From Ranitomeya imitator (lineage: Eukaryota), in contig NC_091287.1 of assembly GCF_032444005.1 (NCBI RefSeq), forward strand, positions 554,528,001 to 554,592,000: DNA of 64,000 nucleotides, written 5' to 3'. Positions 34,049-48,400 of the stretch are shown here, one piece after another; the stretch's first letter is position 1; each line of letters begins with the position of its first letter. The notes beneath the pieces were generated by a model that worked only from the letters and a program-made list of their open reading frames with translations, searched no databases and was not told the origin of the DNA. The translations under genes were made by a program, and so were the position numbers.

Positions 34049-37000
34049 GTATGTACACAGTGACTGCACCAGCAGAATAGTGAGTGCAGCTCTGGAGTAT
34101 AATACAGGATGTAACGCAGGATCAGTAATGTAATGTATGCACACAGTGACTGCACCAGCAGAATAGTGAGTGCAGCTCTAGGGTATAATACACGATGTAA
34201 CTCAGGATCAGTAATGTAATGTATGTACACAGTGACTGTACCAGCAGAATAGTGAGTGCAGCTCTGGGGTATAATACAGGATGTAACTCACGATCAGTAA
34301 TGTAATGTATGTACATAGTGACTGCACCAGCAGAATAGTGAGTGCAGCTCTGGGGTATAATACAGGATGTAACTCACGATCAGTAATGTAATGTATGTAC
34401 ACAGTGACTGCACCAGCAGAACAGTGAGTGCAGCTCTGGGGTATAATACAGGATGTAACTCACGATCAGTAATGTAATGTATGTACACAGTGACTGCACC
34501 AGCAGAATAGTGAGTGCAGCTCTGGGATATAATACAGGATGTAACTCACGATCAGTAATGTAATGTATGTACACAGTGACTGCACCAGCAGAAGAGTGAG
34601 TGCAGCTCTGTAGCATAATACAGGATGTAACTCACGATCAGTAATGTAATGTATGTACACAGTGACTGCACCAGCAGAAGAGTGAGTGCAGCTCTGTAGC
34701 ATAATACAGGATGTAACTCACGATCAGTAATGTAATGTATGTACACAGTGACTGCACCAGCAGAATAGTGAGTGCAGCTCTGGGGTATAATACAGGATGT
34801 AACTCAGGATCAGTAATGTAATGTATGTACACAGTGACTGCACCAGCAGAAGAGTGAGTGCAGCTCTGTAGCATAATACAGGATGTAACTCACGATCAGT
34901 AATGTAATGTATGTACATAGTCACTGCACCAGCAGAATAGTGAGTGCAGCTCTGGAGTATAATACAGGATGTAACTCAGGATCAGTAATGTAATGTATGT
35001 ACACAGTGACTGCACCAGCAGAATAGTGAGTGCAGCTCTGGGGTATAATACAGGATGTAACTCAGGATCAGTAATGCAATGTATGTACACAGTGACTGCA
35101 CCAGCAGAATAGTGCGTGCAGCTCTGGGGTATAATACAGGATGTAACTCACGATCAGTAATGTAATGTATGTACACAGTGACTGCACCAGCAGAACAGTG
35201 AGTGCAGCTCTGTAGCATAATACAGGATGTAACTCACGATCAGTAATGTAATGTATGTACACAGTGACTGCACCAGCAGAATAGTGAGTGCAGCTCTGGA
35301 GTATAATATAGGATGTAACTCAGGATCAGTAATGTAATGTATGTACACAGTGACTGCACCAGCAGAATAGTGAGTGCAGCTCTGGGGTATAATACAGGAT
35401 GTAACTCAGGATCAGTAATGTAATGTATGTACACAGTGACTGCACCAGCAGAAGAGTGAGTGCAGCTCAGTAGCATAATACAGGATGTAACTCACGATCA
35501 ATAATGTAATGTATGTACATAGTGACTGCACCAGCAGAATAGTGAGTGCAGCTCTGGAGTATAATACAGGATGTAAATCAGGATCAGTAATGTAATGTAT
35601 GTACACAGTGACTGCACCAGCAGAATAGTGAGTGCAGCTCTGGGGTATAATACAGGATGTAACTCAGGATCAGTAATGTAATGTATGTACACAGTGACTG
35701 CACCAGCAGAATAGTGGGTGCAGCTCTGGGGTATAATACAGGATGTAACTCACGATCAGTAATGTAATGTATGTACACAGTGACTGCACCAGCAGAACAG
35801 TGAGTGCAGCTCTGTAGCATAATACAGGATGTAACTCACGATCAGTAATGTAATGTATGTACACAGTGACTGCACCAGCAGAATAGTGAGTGCAGCTCTG
35901 GAGTATAATACAGGATGTATCTCAGGATCAGTAATGTAATGTATGTACACAGTGACTGCACCAGCAGAATAGTGAGTGCAGCTCTGGGGTACAATACAGG
36001 ATGTAACTCAGGATCAGTAATGTAATGTATGTACACAGTGACTGCACCAGCAGAATAGTGGGTGCAGCTCTGGGGTATAATACAGGATGTAACTCACGAT
36101 CAGTAATGTAATGTATGTACACAGTGACTGCACCAGCAGAACAGTGAGTGCAGCTCTGTAGCATAATACAGGATGTATCTCAGGATCAGTAATGTAATGT
36201 ATGTACACAGTGACTGCACCAGCAAAATATTGAGTGCAGCTCTGGAGTATAATACAGGATGTAACTCAGGATCAGTAATGAAATGTATGTACACAGTGAC
36301 TGCACCAGCAGAAGAGTGAGTGTAGCTCTGGGGTATAATACAGGATGTATCTCAGGATCAGTAATGTAATGTATGTACACAGTGACTGCACCAGCAGAAT
36401 AGTGAGTACAGCTCTGGGGTATAATACAGGATGTAACTCAGGATCAGTAATGTAATGTATGTACACAGTGACTGCACCAGCAGAATAGTGAGTGCAGCTC
36501 TGGAGTATAATACAGGATGTATCTCAGGATCAGTAATGTAATGTATGTACACAGTGACTGCACCAGCAGAATAGTGAGTACAGCTCTGGAGTATAATACA
36601 GGATGTAACTCAGGATCAGTAATGTAATGTATGTACACAGTGACTGCACCAGCAGAAGAGTGAGTGTAGCTCTGGGGTATAATACAGGATGTAACACAGG
36701 ATCAGTAATGTAATGTATGTACACAGTGACTGCACCAGCAGAACAGTGAGTGCAGCTCTGTAGCATAATACAGGATGTATCTCAGGATCAGTAATGTAAT
36801 GTATGTACACAGTGACTGCACCAGCAAAATATTGAGTGCAGCTCTGGAGTATAATACAGGATGTAACTCAGGATCAGTAATGAAATGTATGTACACAGTG
36901 ACTGCACCAGCAGAAGAGTGAGTGTAGCTCTGGGGTATAATACAGGATGTATCTCAGGATCAGTAATGTAATGTATGTACACAGTGACTGCACCAGCAGA

Positions 37001-37577
37001 ATAGTGAGTACAGCTCTGGGGTATAATACAGGATGTAACTCAGGATCAGTAATGTAATGTATGTACACAGTGACTGCACCAGCAGAATAGTGAGTGTAGC
37101 TCTGGAGTATAATACAGGATGTATCTCAGGATCAGTAATGTAATGTATGTACACAGTGACTGCACCAGCAGAATAGTGAGTACAGCTCTGGAGTATAATA
37201 CAGGATGTAACTCAGGATCAGTAATGTAATGTATGTACACAGTGACTGCACCAGCAGAAGAGTGAGTGTAGCTCTGGGGTATAATACAGGATGTAACTCA
37301 GGATCAGTAATGTAATGTATGTACACAGTGACTGCACCAGCAGAATAGTGAGTGCAGCTCTGGAGTATAATACAGGATGTATCTCAGGATCAGTAATGTA
37401 ATGTATGTACACAGTGACTGTACCAGCAGAATAGTGAGTGCAGCTCTGGGGTATAATACAGGTTGTATCTCAGGATCAGTAATGTAATGTATGTACACAG
37501 TGACTGCACCAGCAGAATAGTGAGTGCAGCTCTGGGGTATAATACAGGATGTAACTCAGGATCGGTAATGTAATGTG
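34049..37577. repeat. 86-bp tandem array (~41 units)
   Basis: ORF track repeats every 86 bp; unit GTATGTACACAGTGACTGCACCAGCAGAATAGTGAGTGCAGCTCTGG(A/G)GTATAATACAGGATGTAACTCAGGATCAGTAATGTAAT. Confidence 0.97.
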
Positions 37578-38495
37578 GATATATAATAAACATTTATTGC
37601 AATTCATATTTGATATATTAATTTTCTCTGGATTTATTTAAAAAAAGCATTTCACAGGGAAGCCTAAATTAGCCAGCAGACAATTTTTACACCCCATATT
37701 TCTGTGGGATGATGTAGTCGTGTGACTTCTGCTGTCGGTATGAGGCTCCTGTCTTACAAATAAGGAATTATCAATATTAATTTATCACATCAATCCAATC
37801 TTCTCGGTTTCGGCCTCTGTGATGTATATAAATCACAGGTAACAGTAAAATCCGTCCCGTAATGAGACGATAAGATCCGAGCCGTACAGTAAGTCAGTGT
37901 CACTGCGCTGTCAGGTTACATCCCGGTTCCTCAAGAATATTAATACAATATGGATTCTTCAACACAAATAGACGCTGTAGCTTGGAGAGAGCCGGTCGAT
38001 ATAATGTGTAAGTAAGCAGCGTAATCACTGGTGGTATTGTAAATCCGCAGCTACTATAGACATATAAATATTAACTACTGTATCACAAGACTAATAAATA
38101 ATTCAGGACTAAATAAAGAGTGGTGGCGGGGGAGGGGCAGGCTGCTTTCAGCATTGATGTTTTGCACGAACATTCATTAGATTGGGATGAAATTCCTTAT
38201 TGATCAATTGAAGTGTAAAAAGCTTCTCTCTATATTCGGGGGCTGCAGGAAAAAACAAGAGGGCGCAATTAAAAGTAAAAGGAAGAATGTTCAGGAGGGA
38301 TGGCGGTGATCTGGGAGAGGCAGCAGCAACGCAAGGTAGAGATCAATAAGATGAGAACATTCTGAGTGTGAAAGAAAAGTGTCTGCAACAGAGAACATGT
38401 CTACCGTACTGCAGGCGTCATGGAGGAGTCAGGAGAATAAGATGCCAGGACGAGGACGGTCACCAAACCAGTACAAAACTCCACAGCTGGGAGAG

Positions 38496-41400
38496 GTTAT
38501 AATCCTCTACATACGGAGCAGTATTATAGGAGTTATACTCCTGTACATAGGAGCAGTATTATAGTAGTTATATTCTTGTACATACGGAGCAGTATTATTG
38601 TAGTTATATTCTTGTACATAGGAGCAGTATTATAGTAGTTATATTCTTGTACATATGGGCAGTATTATTGTAGTTATATTCTTGTACATAGGAGCAGTAT
38701 TATAGTAGTTATATTCTTGTACATAGGAACAGTATTATAGTAGTTATATTCTTGTACATAAGAGGAGTATTATAGTAGTTATATTCTTGTACATAAGAGC
38801 AGTATTATAGTAGTTATATTATTGTACATAGGAGCAGTATTATAGTAGTTATATTCTTGTACATAAGAGGAGTATTATAGTAGTTATATTCTTGTACATA
38901 AGAGCAGTATTATAGTAGTTATATTCTTGTACATAGGAGCAGTATTATAGTAGTTATATTCTTGTACATAGGAGCAGTATTATAGTAGTTATATTCTTGT
39001 ACATAGGAACAGTATTATAGTAGTTATATTCTTGTACATAGGACGCAGTATTATAGTAGTTATATTCTTGTACATAAGAGCAGTATTATAGTAGTTATAT
39101 TCTTGTACATAAGAGCAGTATTATAGTAGTTATATTCTTGTACATAGGGGCAGTATTATAGTAGTTATATTCTTGTACATAAGAGCAGTATTATAGTAGT
39201 TATAGTCTTGTACATAAGAGCAGTATTATAGTAGTTATATTCTTGTACATAGGGGCAGTATTATAGTAGTTATATTCTTGTACATAGGGGCAGTATTATA
39301 GTAGTTATATTCTTGTACATAAGAGCAGTATTATAGTAGTTATATTCCTGTACATAGGGGCAGTATTATAGTAGATATATTCTTGTACATAGGGGCAGTA
39401 TTATAGTAGTTATATCCTTGTACATAAGAGCATTATTATAGTAGTTATATTCTTGTACATAAGAGCAGTATTATAGTAGTTATATTCTTGTACATAGGGG
39501 CAGTATTATAGTAGTTATATTCTTGTACATAGGGGCAGTATTATAGTAGATATATTCTTGTACATAGGGGCAGTATTATAGTAGTTATATTCTTGTACAT
39601 AGGAGCAGTATTATAGTAGTTATATTCTTGTACATAGGGGCAGTATTATAGTAGTTATATTCTTGTACATAGGAGCAGTATTATAGTAGTTATATTCTTG
39701 TACATAAGAGCAGTATTATAGTAGTTATATTCCTGTACATAGGGGCAGTATTATAGTAGTTATATTCTTGTACATAAGAGCAGTATTATAGCAGTTATAT
39801 TCTTGTACATAGGGTCAGTATTACAGTAGTTATATTCTTGTACATAGTGAGCAGTATTATAGTAGTTATATTCTTGTACATAGGAGCAGTATTATAGTAG
39901 TTGTATTCTTGTACATAGGAGCAGTATTATAGTAGTTATATTCTTGTACATAGGAGCAGTATTATAGCAGTTATATTCTTGTACATAGAGCAGTATTATA
40001 GTAGTTATATTCTTGTACATAGGGGCAGTATTATAGTAGTTATATTCTTGTACATAAGAGCAGTATTATAGTAGTTATAGTCTTGTACATAAGAGCAGTA
40101 TTATAGTAGTTATATTCTTGTACACAGGGGCAGTATTATAGTAGTTATATTCTTGTACATAGGGGCAGTATTATAGTAGTTATATTCTTGTACATAAGAG
40201 CAGTATTATAGTAGTTATATTCCTGTACATAGGGGCAGTATTATAGTAGATATATTCTTGTACATAGGGGCAGTATTATAGTAGTTATATCCTTGTACAT
40301 AAGAGCATTATTATAGTAATTATATTCTTGTACATAAGAGCAGTATTATAGTAGTTATATTCTTGTACATAGGGGCAGTATTATAGTAGTTATATTCTTG
40401 TACATAGGGGCAGTATTATAGTAGATATATTCTTGTACATAGGGGCAGTATTATAGTAGTTATATTCTTGTACATAGGAGCAGTATTATAGTAGTTATAT
40501 TCTTGTACATAGGGGCAGTATTATAGTAGTATATTCTTGTACATAGGAGCAGTATTATAGTAGTTATATTCTTGTACATAAGAGCAGTATTATAGTAGTT
40601 ATATTCCTGTACATAGGGGCAGTATTATAGTAGTTATATTCTTGTACATAAGAGCAGTATTATAGCAGTTATATTCTTGTACATAGGGTCAGTATTATAG
40701 TAGTTATATTCTTGTACATAGTGAGCAGTATTATAGTAGTTATATTCTTGTACATAGGAGCAGTATTATAGTAGTTGTATTCTTGTACATAGGAGCAGTA
40801 TTATAGCAGTTATATTCTTGTACATAGAGCAGTATTATAGTAGATATATTCTTGTACATAGGGAGCAGTATTATAGTAGTTGTATTCTTGTACATAGGTG
40901 CAGTATTATAGTAGATATATTCTTGTATATAGGGGCAGTATTATAGCAGTTATATTCTTGTAAATAGAGCAGTATTATAGTAGATATATTCTTGTACATA
41001 GGGAGCAGTATTATAGTAGTTGTATTCTTGTACATAGGTGCAGTATTATAGTAGATATATTCTTGTATATAGGGGCAGTATTATAGCAGTTATATTCTTG
41101 TACATAGTGGTCAGTATTATAGTAGTTATATTCTTGTACATAGTGGTCAGTATTATAGTAGTTATATTCTTAAACATAGGAGCAGTATTATAGTAGTTGT
41201 ATTCTTGTACATAGGAGCAGTATTATAGTAGTTATATTCTTGTACATAGGGGCAGTATTATAGTAGTTATATTCTTGTACATAGGAGCAGTATTATAGTA
41301 GTTATATTCTTGTACATAAGAGCAGTATTATAGTAGTTATATTCCTGTACATAGGGGCAGTATTATAGTAGTTATATTCTTGTACATAGGGGCAGTATTA

Positions 41401-44400
41401 TAGTAGTTATATTCTTGTACATAGGAGCAGTATTATAGTAGTTATATTCTTGTACATAAGAGCAGTATTATAGTAGTTATATTCCTGTACATAGGGGCAG
41501 TATTATAGTAGTTATATTCTTGTACATAAGAGCAGTATTATAGCAGTTATATTCTTGTACATAGGGTCAGTATTATAGTAGTTATATTCTTGTACATAGT
41601 GAGCAGTATTATAGTAGTTATATTCTTGTACATAGGAGCAGTATTATAGTAGTTATATTCTTGTACATAGGAGCAGTATTATAGCAGTTATATTCTTGTA
41701 CATAGAGCAGTATTATAGTAGTTATATTCTTGTACATAGGGGCAGTATTATAGTAGTTATATTCTTGTTCATAAGAGTAGTATTATAGCAGTTATATTCT
41801 TGTACATAGGGTCAGTATTATAGTAGTTATATTCTTGTACATAGTGAGCAGTATTATAGTAGTTATATTCTTGTACATAGGAGCAGTATTATAGTAGTTG
41901 TATTCTTGTACATAGGAGCAGTATTATAGTAGTTATATTCTTGTACATAGGAGCAGTATTATAGCAGTTATATTCTTGTACATAGAGCAGTATTATAGGA
42001 GATATATTCTTGTACATAGGGAGCAGTATTATAGTAGTTGTATTCTTGTACATAGGTGCAGTATTATAGTAGATATATTCTTGTATATAGGGGCAGTATT
42101 ATAGCAGTTATATTCTTGTACATAGTGGTCAGTATTATAGTAGTTATATTCTTGTACATAGTGGTCAGTTTTATAGTAGTTATATTCTTAAACATAGGAG
42201 CAGTATTATAGTAGTTGTATTCTTGTACATAGGAGCAGTATTATAGTAGTTATATTCTTGTACATAGGGGCAGTATTATAGTAGTTATATTCTTGTACAT
42301 AGGAGCAGTATTATAGTAGTTATATTCTTGTACATAAGAGCAGTATTATAGTAGTTATATTCCTGTACATAGGGGCAGTATTATAGTAGTTATATTCTTG
42401 TACATAGGGGCAGTATTATAGTAGTTATATTCTTGTACATAGGAGCAGTATTATAGTAGTTATATTCTTGTACATAAGAGCAGTATTATAGTAGTTATAT
42501 TCCTGTACATAGGGGCAGTATTATAGTAGTTATATTCTTGTACATAAGAGCAGTATTATAGCAGTTATATTCTTGTACATAGGGTCAGTATTATAGTAGT
42601 TATATTCTTGTACATACTGAGCAGTATTATAGTAGTTATATTCTTGTACATAGGAGCAGTATTATAGTAGTTATATTCTTGTACATAGGAGCAGTATTAT
42701 AGCAGTTATTTTCTTGTACATAGAGCAGTATTATAGTAGTTATATTCTTGTACATAGGGGCAGTATTATAGTAGTTATATTCTTGTACATAAGAGCAGTA
42801 TTATAGTAGTTATAGTCTTGTACATAAGAGCAGTATTATAGTAGTTATATCCTTGTACATAAGAGCATTATTATAGTAATTATATTCTTGTACATAAGAG
42901 CAGTATTATAGTAGTTATATTCTTGTACATAGGGGCAGTATTATAGTAGTTATATTCTTGTACATAGGGGCAGTATTATAGTAGATATATTCTTGTACAT
43001 AGGGGCAGTATTATAGTAGTTATATTCTTGTACATAGGAGCAGTATTATAGTAGTTATATTCTTGTACATAGGGGCAGTATTATAGTAGTTATATTCTTG
43101 TACATAGGAGCAGTATTATAGTAGTTATATTCTTGTACATAAGAGCAGTATTATAGTAGTTATATTCCTGTACATAGGGGCAGTATTATAGTAGTTATTT
43201 TCTTGTACATAAGAGCAGTATTATAGCAGTTATATTCTTGTACATAGGGTCAGTATTATAGTAGTTATATTCTTGTACATAGTGAGCAGTATTATAGTAG
43301 TTATATTCTTGTACATAGGAGCAGTATTATAGTAGTTGTATTCTTGTACATAGGAGCAGTTTTATTGTAGTTATATTCTTGTACATAGGAGCAGTATTAT
43401 AGTAGTTATATTCTTGTACATACGGAGCAGTATTATAGCAGTTATATTCTTGTACATAAGAGCAGTATTATAGTAGTTATATTCTTGTACATAGGAACAG
43501 TATTATAGTAGTTATATTCTTGTACATAAGAGGAGTATTATAGTAGTTATATTCTTGTACATAAGAGCAGTATTATAGTAGTTATATTATTGTACATAGG
43601 AGCAGTATTATAGTAGTTATATTCTTGTACATAAGAGGAGTATTATAGTAGTTATATTCTTGTACATAAGAGCAGTATTATAGTAGTTATATTCTTGTAC
43701 ATAGGAGAAGTATTATAGTAGTTATATTCTTGTACATAGGAGCAGTATTATAGTAGTTATATTCTTGTACATAGGAACAGTATTATAGTAGTTATATTCT
43801 TGTACATAGGACGCAGTATTATAGTAGTTATATTCTTGTACATAAGAGCAGTATTATAGTAGTTATATTCTTGTACATAAGAGCAGTATTATAGTAGTTA
43901 TATTCTTGTACATAGGGGCAGTATTATAGTAGTTATATTCTTGTACATAAGAGCAGTATTATAGTAGTTATAGTCTTGTACATAAGAGCAGTATTATAGT
44001 AGTTATATTCTTGTACATAGGGGCAGTATTATAGTAGTTATATTCTTGTACATAGGGGCAGTATTATAGTAGTTATATTCTTGTACATAAGAGCAGTATT
44101 ATAGTAGTTATATTCCTGTACATAGGGGCAGTATTATAGTAGATATATTCTTGTACATAGGGGCAGTATTATAGTAGTTATATCCTTGTACATAAGAGCA
44201 TTATTATAGTAGTTATATTCTTGTACATAAGAGCAGTATTATAGTAGTTATATTCTTGTACATAGGGTCAGTATTATAGTAGTTATATTCTTGTACATAG
44301 GGGCAGTATTATAGTAGATATATTCTTGTACATAGGGGCAGTATTATAGTAGTTATATTCTTGTACATAGGAGCAGTATTATAGTAGTTATATTCTTGTA

Positions 44401-44728
44401 CATAGGGGCAGTATTATAGTAGTTATATTCTTGTACATAGGAGCAGTATTATAGTAGTTATATTCTTGTACATAAGAGCAGTATTATAGTAGTTATATTC
44501 CTGTACATAGGGGCAGTATTATAGTAGTTATATTCTTGTACATAAGAGCAGTATTATAGCAGTTATATTCTTGTACATAGGGTCAGTATTACAGTAGTTA
44601 TATTCTTGTACATAGTGAGCAGTATTATAGTAGTTATATTCTTGTACATAGGAGCAGTATTATAGTAGTTGTATTCTTTTACATAGGAGCAGTATTATAG
44701 TAGTTATATTCTTGTACATAGGAGCAGT
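38496..44728. repeat. 35-bp satellite array, left part
   Basis: Unit TATATTCTTGTACATAGGAGCAGTATTATAGTAGT; recurs at 39061 and 39096. Confidence 0.97.
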
Positions 44729-45475
44729 TGTTGTGAATTCTGTGGCTGAGTTCACTTCTGTGGTCACAAGTGGTATTGCAGTCTCTGGGCTTCCTCCCTC
44801 AGGTGTTTTGGTGAGCTCGTTGGCTGCCTTGCTATTTAGCTCCACCTGAGTCTGTCTTCCTTGCTCCTTGTCAATGTTCCAGTGTTGGATCTGAGCTACT
44901 GCATCTTTCCTTGGGCCTGCTGCTCTGCTAGATAAGTGCTTCTAGTTTGTTTTCTGTTTTTTCTGTCCAGCTTGTTATTATCTTTTGCTGGAAGCTCTGA
45001 GAAGCAAAGGGGTGCACCGCCGTGCTGTTAGTTCGGCACGGTGGGTCTTTTTGCCCCTTTGCGTGGTTTTCGTTTTAGGGTTTTTTGTAGACTGCATAGT
45101 TCTCTTTGCTATCCTCGCTCTGTCTAGAATATCGGGCCTCACTTTGCTGAATCTATTTCATTCCTACGTTTGTCTTTTCATCTTGCTAACAGTCATTATG
45201 TGTGGGGGCTGCCTATTCCTTTGGGGTATTTCTCTGAGGTAAGTCAGGCTTGTATTTCTGTCTTCAGGCTAGTCAGCTCCTCAGGCAGTGCCGAGTTGCA
45301 TAGGTAGTGATAGGCGCAATCCACTGCTGCTTATAGTTGTGTGAGGATAGATCAGGTACTGCAGTCTACAGAGATTCCACGTCTCAGAGCTCGTCCTATT
45401 GTTTTTGGTTATTGCCAGATCTCTGTATGTGCGCTGATTACTGCACGCTGTGTTGCCTGATTGCCAGCCATAACA
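44729..45475 (+). repeat. E2 5' LTR
   Basis: 747-bp direct repeat of 49668-50415. Confidence 0.98.
44833..44871 (+). promoter_or_regulatory. E2 putative TATA-like box (TATTTAG 44833-44839) and predicted 5' end/self-primer (GCTCCTTGT 44863-44871)
   Basis: 44863-44871 is the reverse complement of the PBS at 45478-45486; box 30 nt upstream. Confidence 0.7.
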
Positions 45476-45486
45476 GTACAAGGAGC
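45476..45486 (+). promoter_or_regulatory. E2 primer-binding site, self-priming type (GT-ACAAGGAGC)
   Basis: No TGG; 9/9 complementary to 44863-44871. Confidence 0.8.
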
Positions 45487-45492
45487 CTTTCA

Positions 45493-48400
45493 ATGATTTC
45501 CAATAGAGGGAAAAAAGAAATCCTGACATCATTTTTTTTTCTTAGCTCTGTCTTCAGTCTTTTTTTTCCCCTAGACATTAGAGTGCTTCAGGACACAGCT
45601 GTGGACATGGATATTCAGGCTCTGTGCTCCTCAATGGATAATCTCGTTGTAAATGTACAAAAGATTCAAGATACTATTGATCAGAAATCGATGCTAGAAC
45701 CAAGAATTCCGATTCCTGATTTGTTTTTTGGTGACAGAACTAAGTTCCTGAGCTTCAGAAATAATTGTAAGCTATTTTTGGCCTTGAAACCTCATTCTTC
45801 TGGTAATCCTATTCAACAGGTTTTGATTATTATTTCTTTTTTGCGCGGCGACCCACAGGACTGGGCGTTTTCTCTTGCACCAGGAGATTCTGCATTGAGT
45901 AATGTTGATGCATTTTTCCAGGCGCTGGGATTGCTTTACGATGAGCCTAATTCAGTGGATCAAGCTGAGAAAAATCTGCTGGCTTTATGCCAGGGTCAGG
46001 ATGATGTAGAAGTATATTGTCAGAAATTTAGAAAATGGTCAGTACTTACTCTGTGGAATGAATCTGCACTAGCGGCTTTGTTCAGAAAGGGTCTCTCTGA
46101 AGCTCTTAAGGATGTAATGGTGGGATTTCCTATGCCTGCTGGTTTGAATGAGTCTATGTCCTTGGCCATTCAGATCGGTCGTCGCTTGCGCGAGCGTAAA
46201 TCTGTGCACCATCTGGCGGTATTGTCTGGGAGTAAGCCTGAGCCTATGCAGTGCGACAGGACTATGACTAAAGTAGAACGGCACGAACACAGACGTCTGA
46301 ACAGACTGTGTTTCTATTGTGGTGATTCTACTCATGCTATTTCTAATTGTCCTAAACGCACTAGGCGGTTCGATAGCTCTGCCGTTATTGGTACTGTACA
46401 GTCCAAATTCCTTTTGTCCATTACCTTAATGTGCTCTTTGTCATCATATTCTGTCATGGCGTTTGTGGATTCAGGCGCTGCCCTGAATCTGATGGATTTG
46501 GATTATGCTAAACGTTGTGGATTTTTCTTGGAGCCTTTGCGGTGTCCTATTCCGTTGAGAGGAATTGATGCTACACCTCTGGCCAAGAATAAGCCTCAGT
46601 ACTGGGCCCAGCTGACCATGTGCATGGCTCCTGCACATCAGGAAGTTATTCGCTTTTTGGTACTGCATAATTTGCATGATGTGGTCGTGTTGGGGTTGCC
46701 ATGGCTACAAACCCATAATCCAGTATTGGATTGGAACTCTATGTCGGTAACCAGCTGGGGTTGTCAGGGAGTACATGGTGATGTTCCATTTTTGTCTATT
46801 TCGTCATCCATTCCTTCTGACATCCCAGAGTTCTTGTCGGACTTTCAGGATGTATTTGAAGAGTCCAAGTCTGATGCCCTTCCTCCGCATAGGAATTGTG
46901 ATTGTGCTATCGATTTGATTCCTGGTAGTAAATTCCCTAAGGGTCGTTTATTTAATTTGTCCGTACCTGAACACACCGCTATGCGCAGTTATGTGAAGGA
47001 GTCCCTGGAGAAGGGACATATTCGCCCATCGTCGTCACCATTGGGAGCAGGGTTCTTTTTTGTAGCCAAGAAGGATGGTTCGCTAAGACCGTGTATTGAT
47101 TACCGCCTTCTTAATAAGATCACTGTTAAGTTTCAGTATCCCTTGCCATTGATTTCTGACTTGTTTGCTCGGATTAAGGGGGCTAGTTGGTTTACTAAGA
47201 TTGATCTTCGTGGTGCGTATAATCTGGTGAGAATCAGGCAGGGAGATGAATGGAAAACGGCATTTAATACGCCCGAGGGTCATTTTGAGTATCTGGTGAT
47301 GCCGTTCGGACTTGCCAATGCTCCATCTGTTTTTCAGTCTTTTATGCATGACATTTTCCGTGAGTATCTGGATAAATTCTTGATTGTTTACTTGGATGAC
47401 ATTTTGATCTTCTCAGATGATTGGGAGTCTCATGTGAAGCAAGTCAGAATGGTTTTCCAGGTACTGCGTGCTAATTCCTTGTTCGTGAAGGGATCAAAGT
47501 GTCTCTTCGGTGTGCAGAAAGTTTCATTTTTGGGGTTCATCTTTTCCCCTTCTACTATCGAGATGGATCCGGTTAAGGTTCAGGCCATCCAGGATTGGAC
47601 TCAGCCGACATCTCTAAAAAGTTTGCAGAAATTCCTGGGCTTTGCTAATTTTTATCGTCGCTTCATCTGTAATTTTTCTAGCATTGCCAGACCATTGACC
47701 GATTTGACCAAGAAGGGAGCTGATTTGGTTAATTGGTCTTCTGCTGCCGTGGAAGCTTTTCAGGAGTTGAAGCGTCGTTTTTGCTGTGCCCCTGTGTTGT
47801 GTCAACCTGATGTTTCTCTTCCGTTCCAGGTCGAGGTTGATGCTTCTGAGATTGGTGCAGGGGCGGTTTTGTCACAGAGAGGTTCTGGTTGCTCAGTGTT
47901 CAAACCATGTGCTTTCTTTTCCAGGAAATTTTCTGCTGCTGAGCGTAATTATGATGTGGGCAACCGAGAGTTGCTGGCCATGAAGTGGGCATTCGAGAAG
48001 TGGCGTCATTGGCTTGAGGGTGCTAAGCATCGCGTGGTGGTTTTGACTGATCATAAGAACCTTACTTATCTTGAGTCTGCCAAGCGCTTGAATCCTAGAC
48101 AGGCCCGTTGGTCGTTATTTTTTGCTCGTTTTGATTTTGTGATTTCATACCTTCCGGGCTCTAAAAATGTGAAGGCGGATGCTCTGTCTAGGAGTTTTGT
48201 GCCCGACTCTCCGGGGTTATCTGAGCCGGCGAGTATCCTCAAGGAAGGAGTCATTGTGTCTGCCATCTCCCCTGATTTGCGGAGAGTGTTGCAGAAATTT
48301 CAGGCTAATAAACCTGATCGTTGTCCGGCCGAGAAACTGTTCGTCCCTGATAGGTGGACTAGTAAAGTTATCTCTGAACTTCATTGTTCGGTGCTGGCCG

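Noticed and set aside
33940-37593. Dozens of 64-78 aa ORFs
   Set aside because: Frame-shifting translations of the 86-bp repeat.
45337-45492. Upstream extension of the E2 ORF given by the ORF track
   Set aside because: Lies in U5/PBS, starts at a non-ATG codon and has no counterpart in E1.
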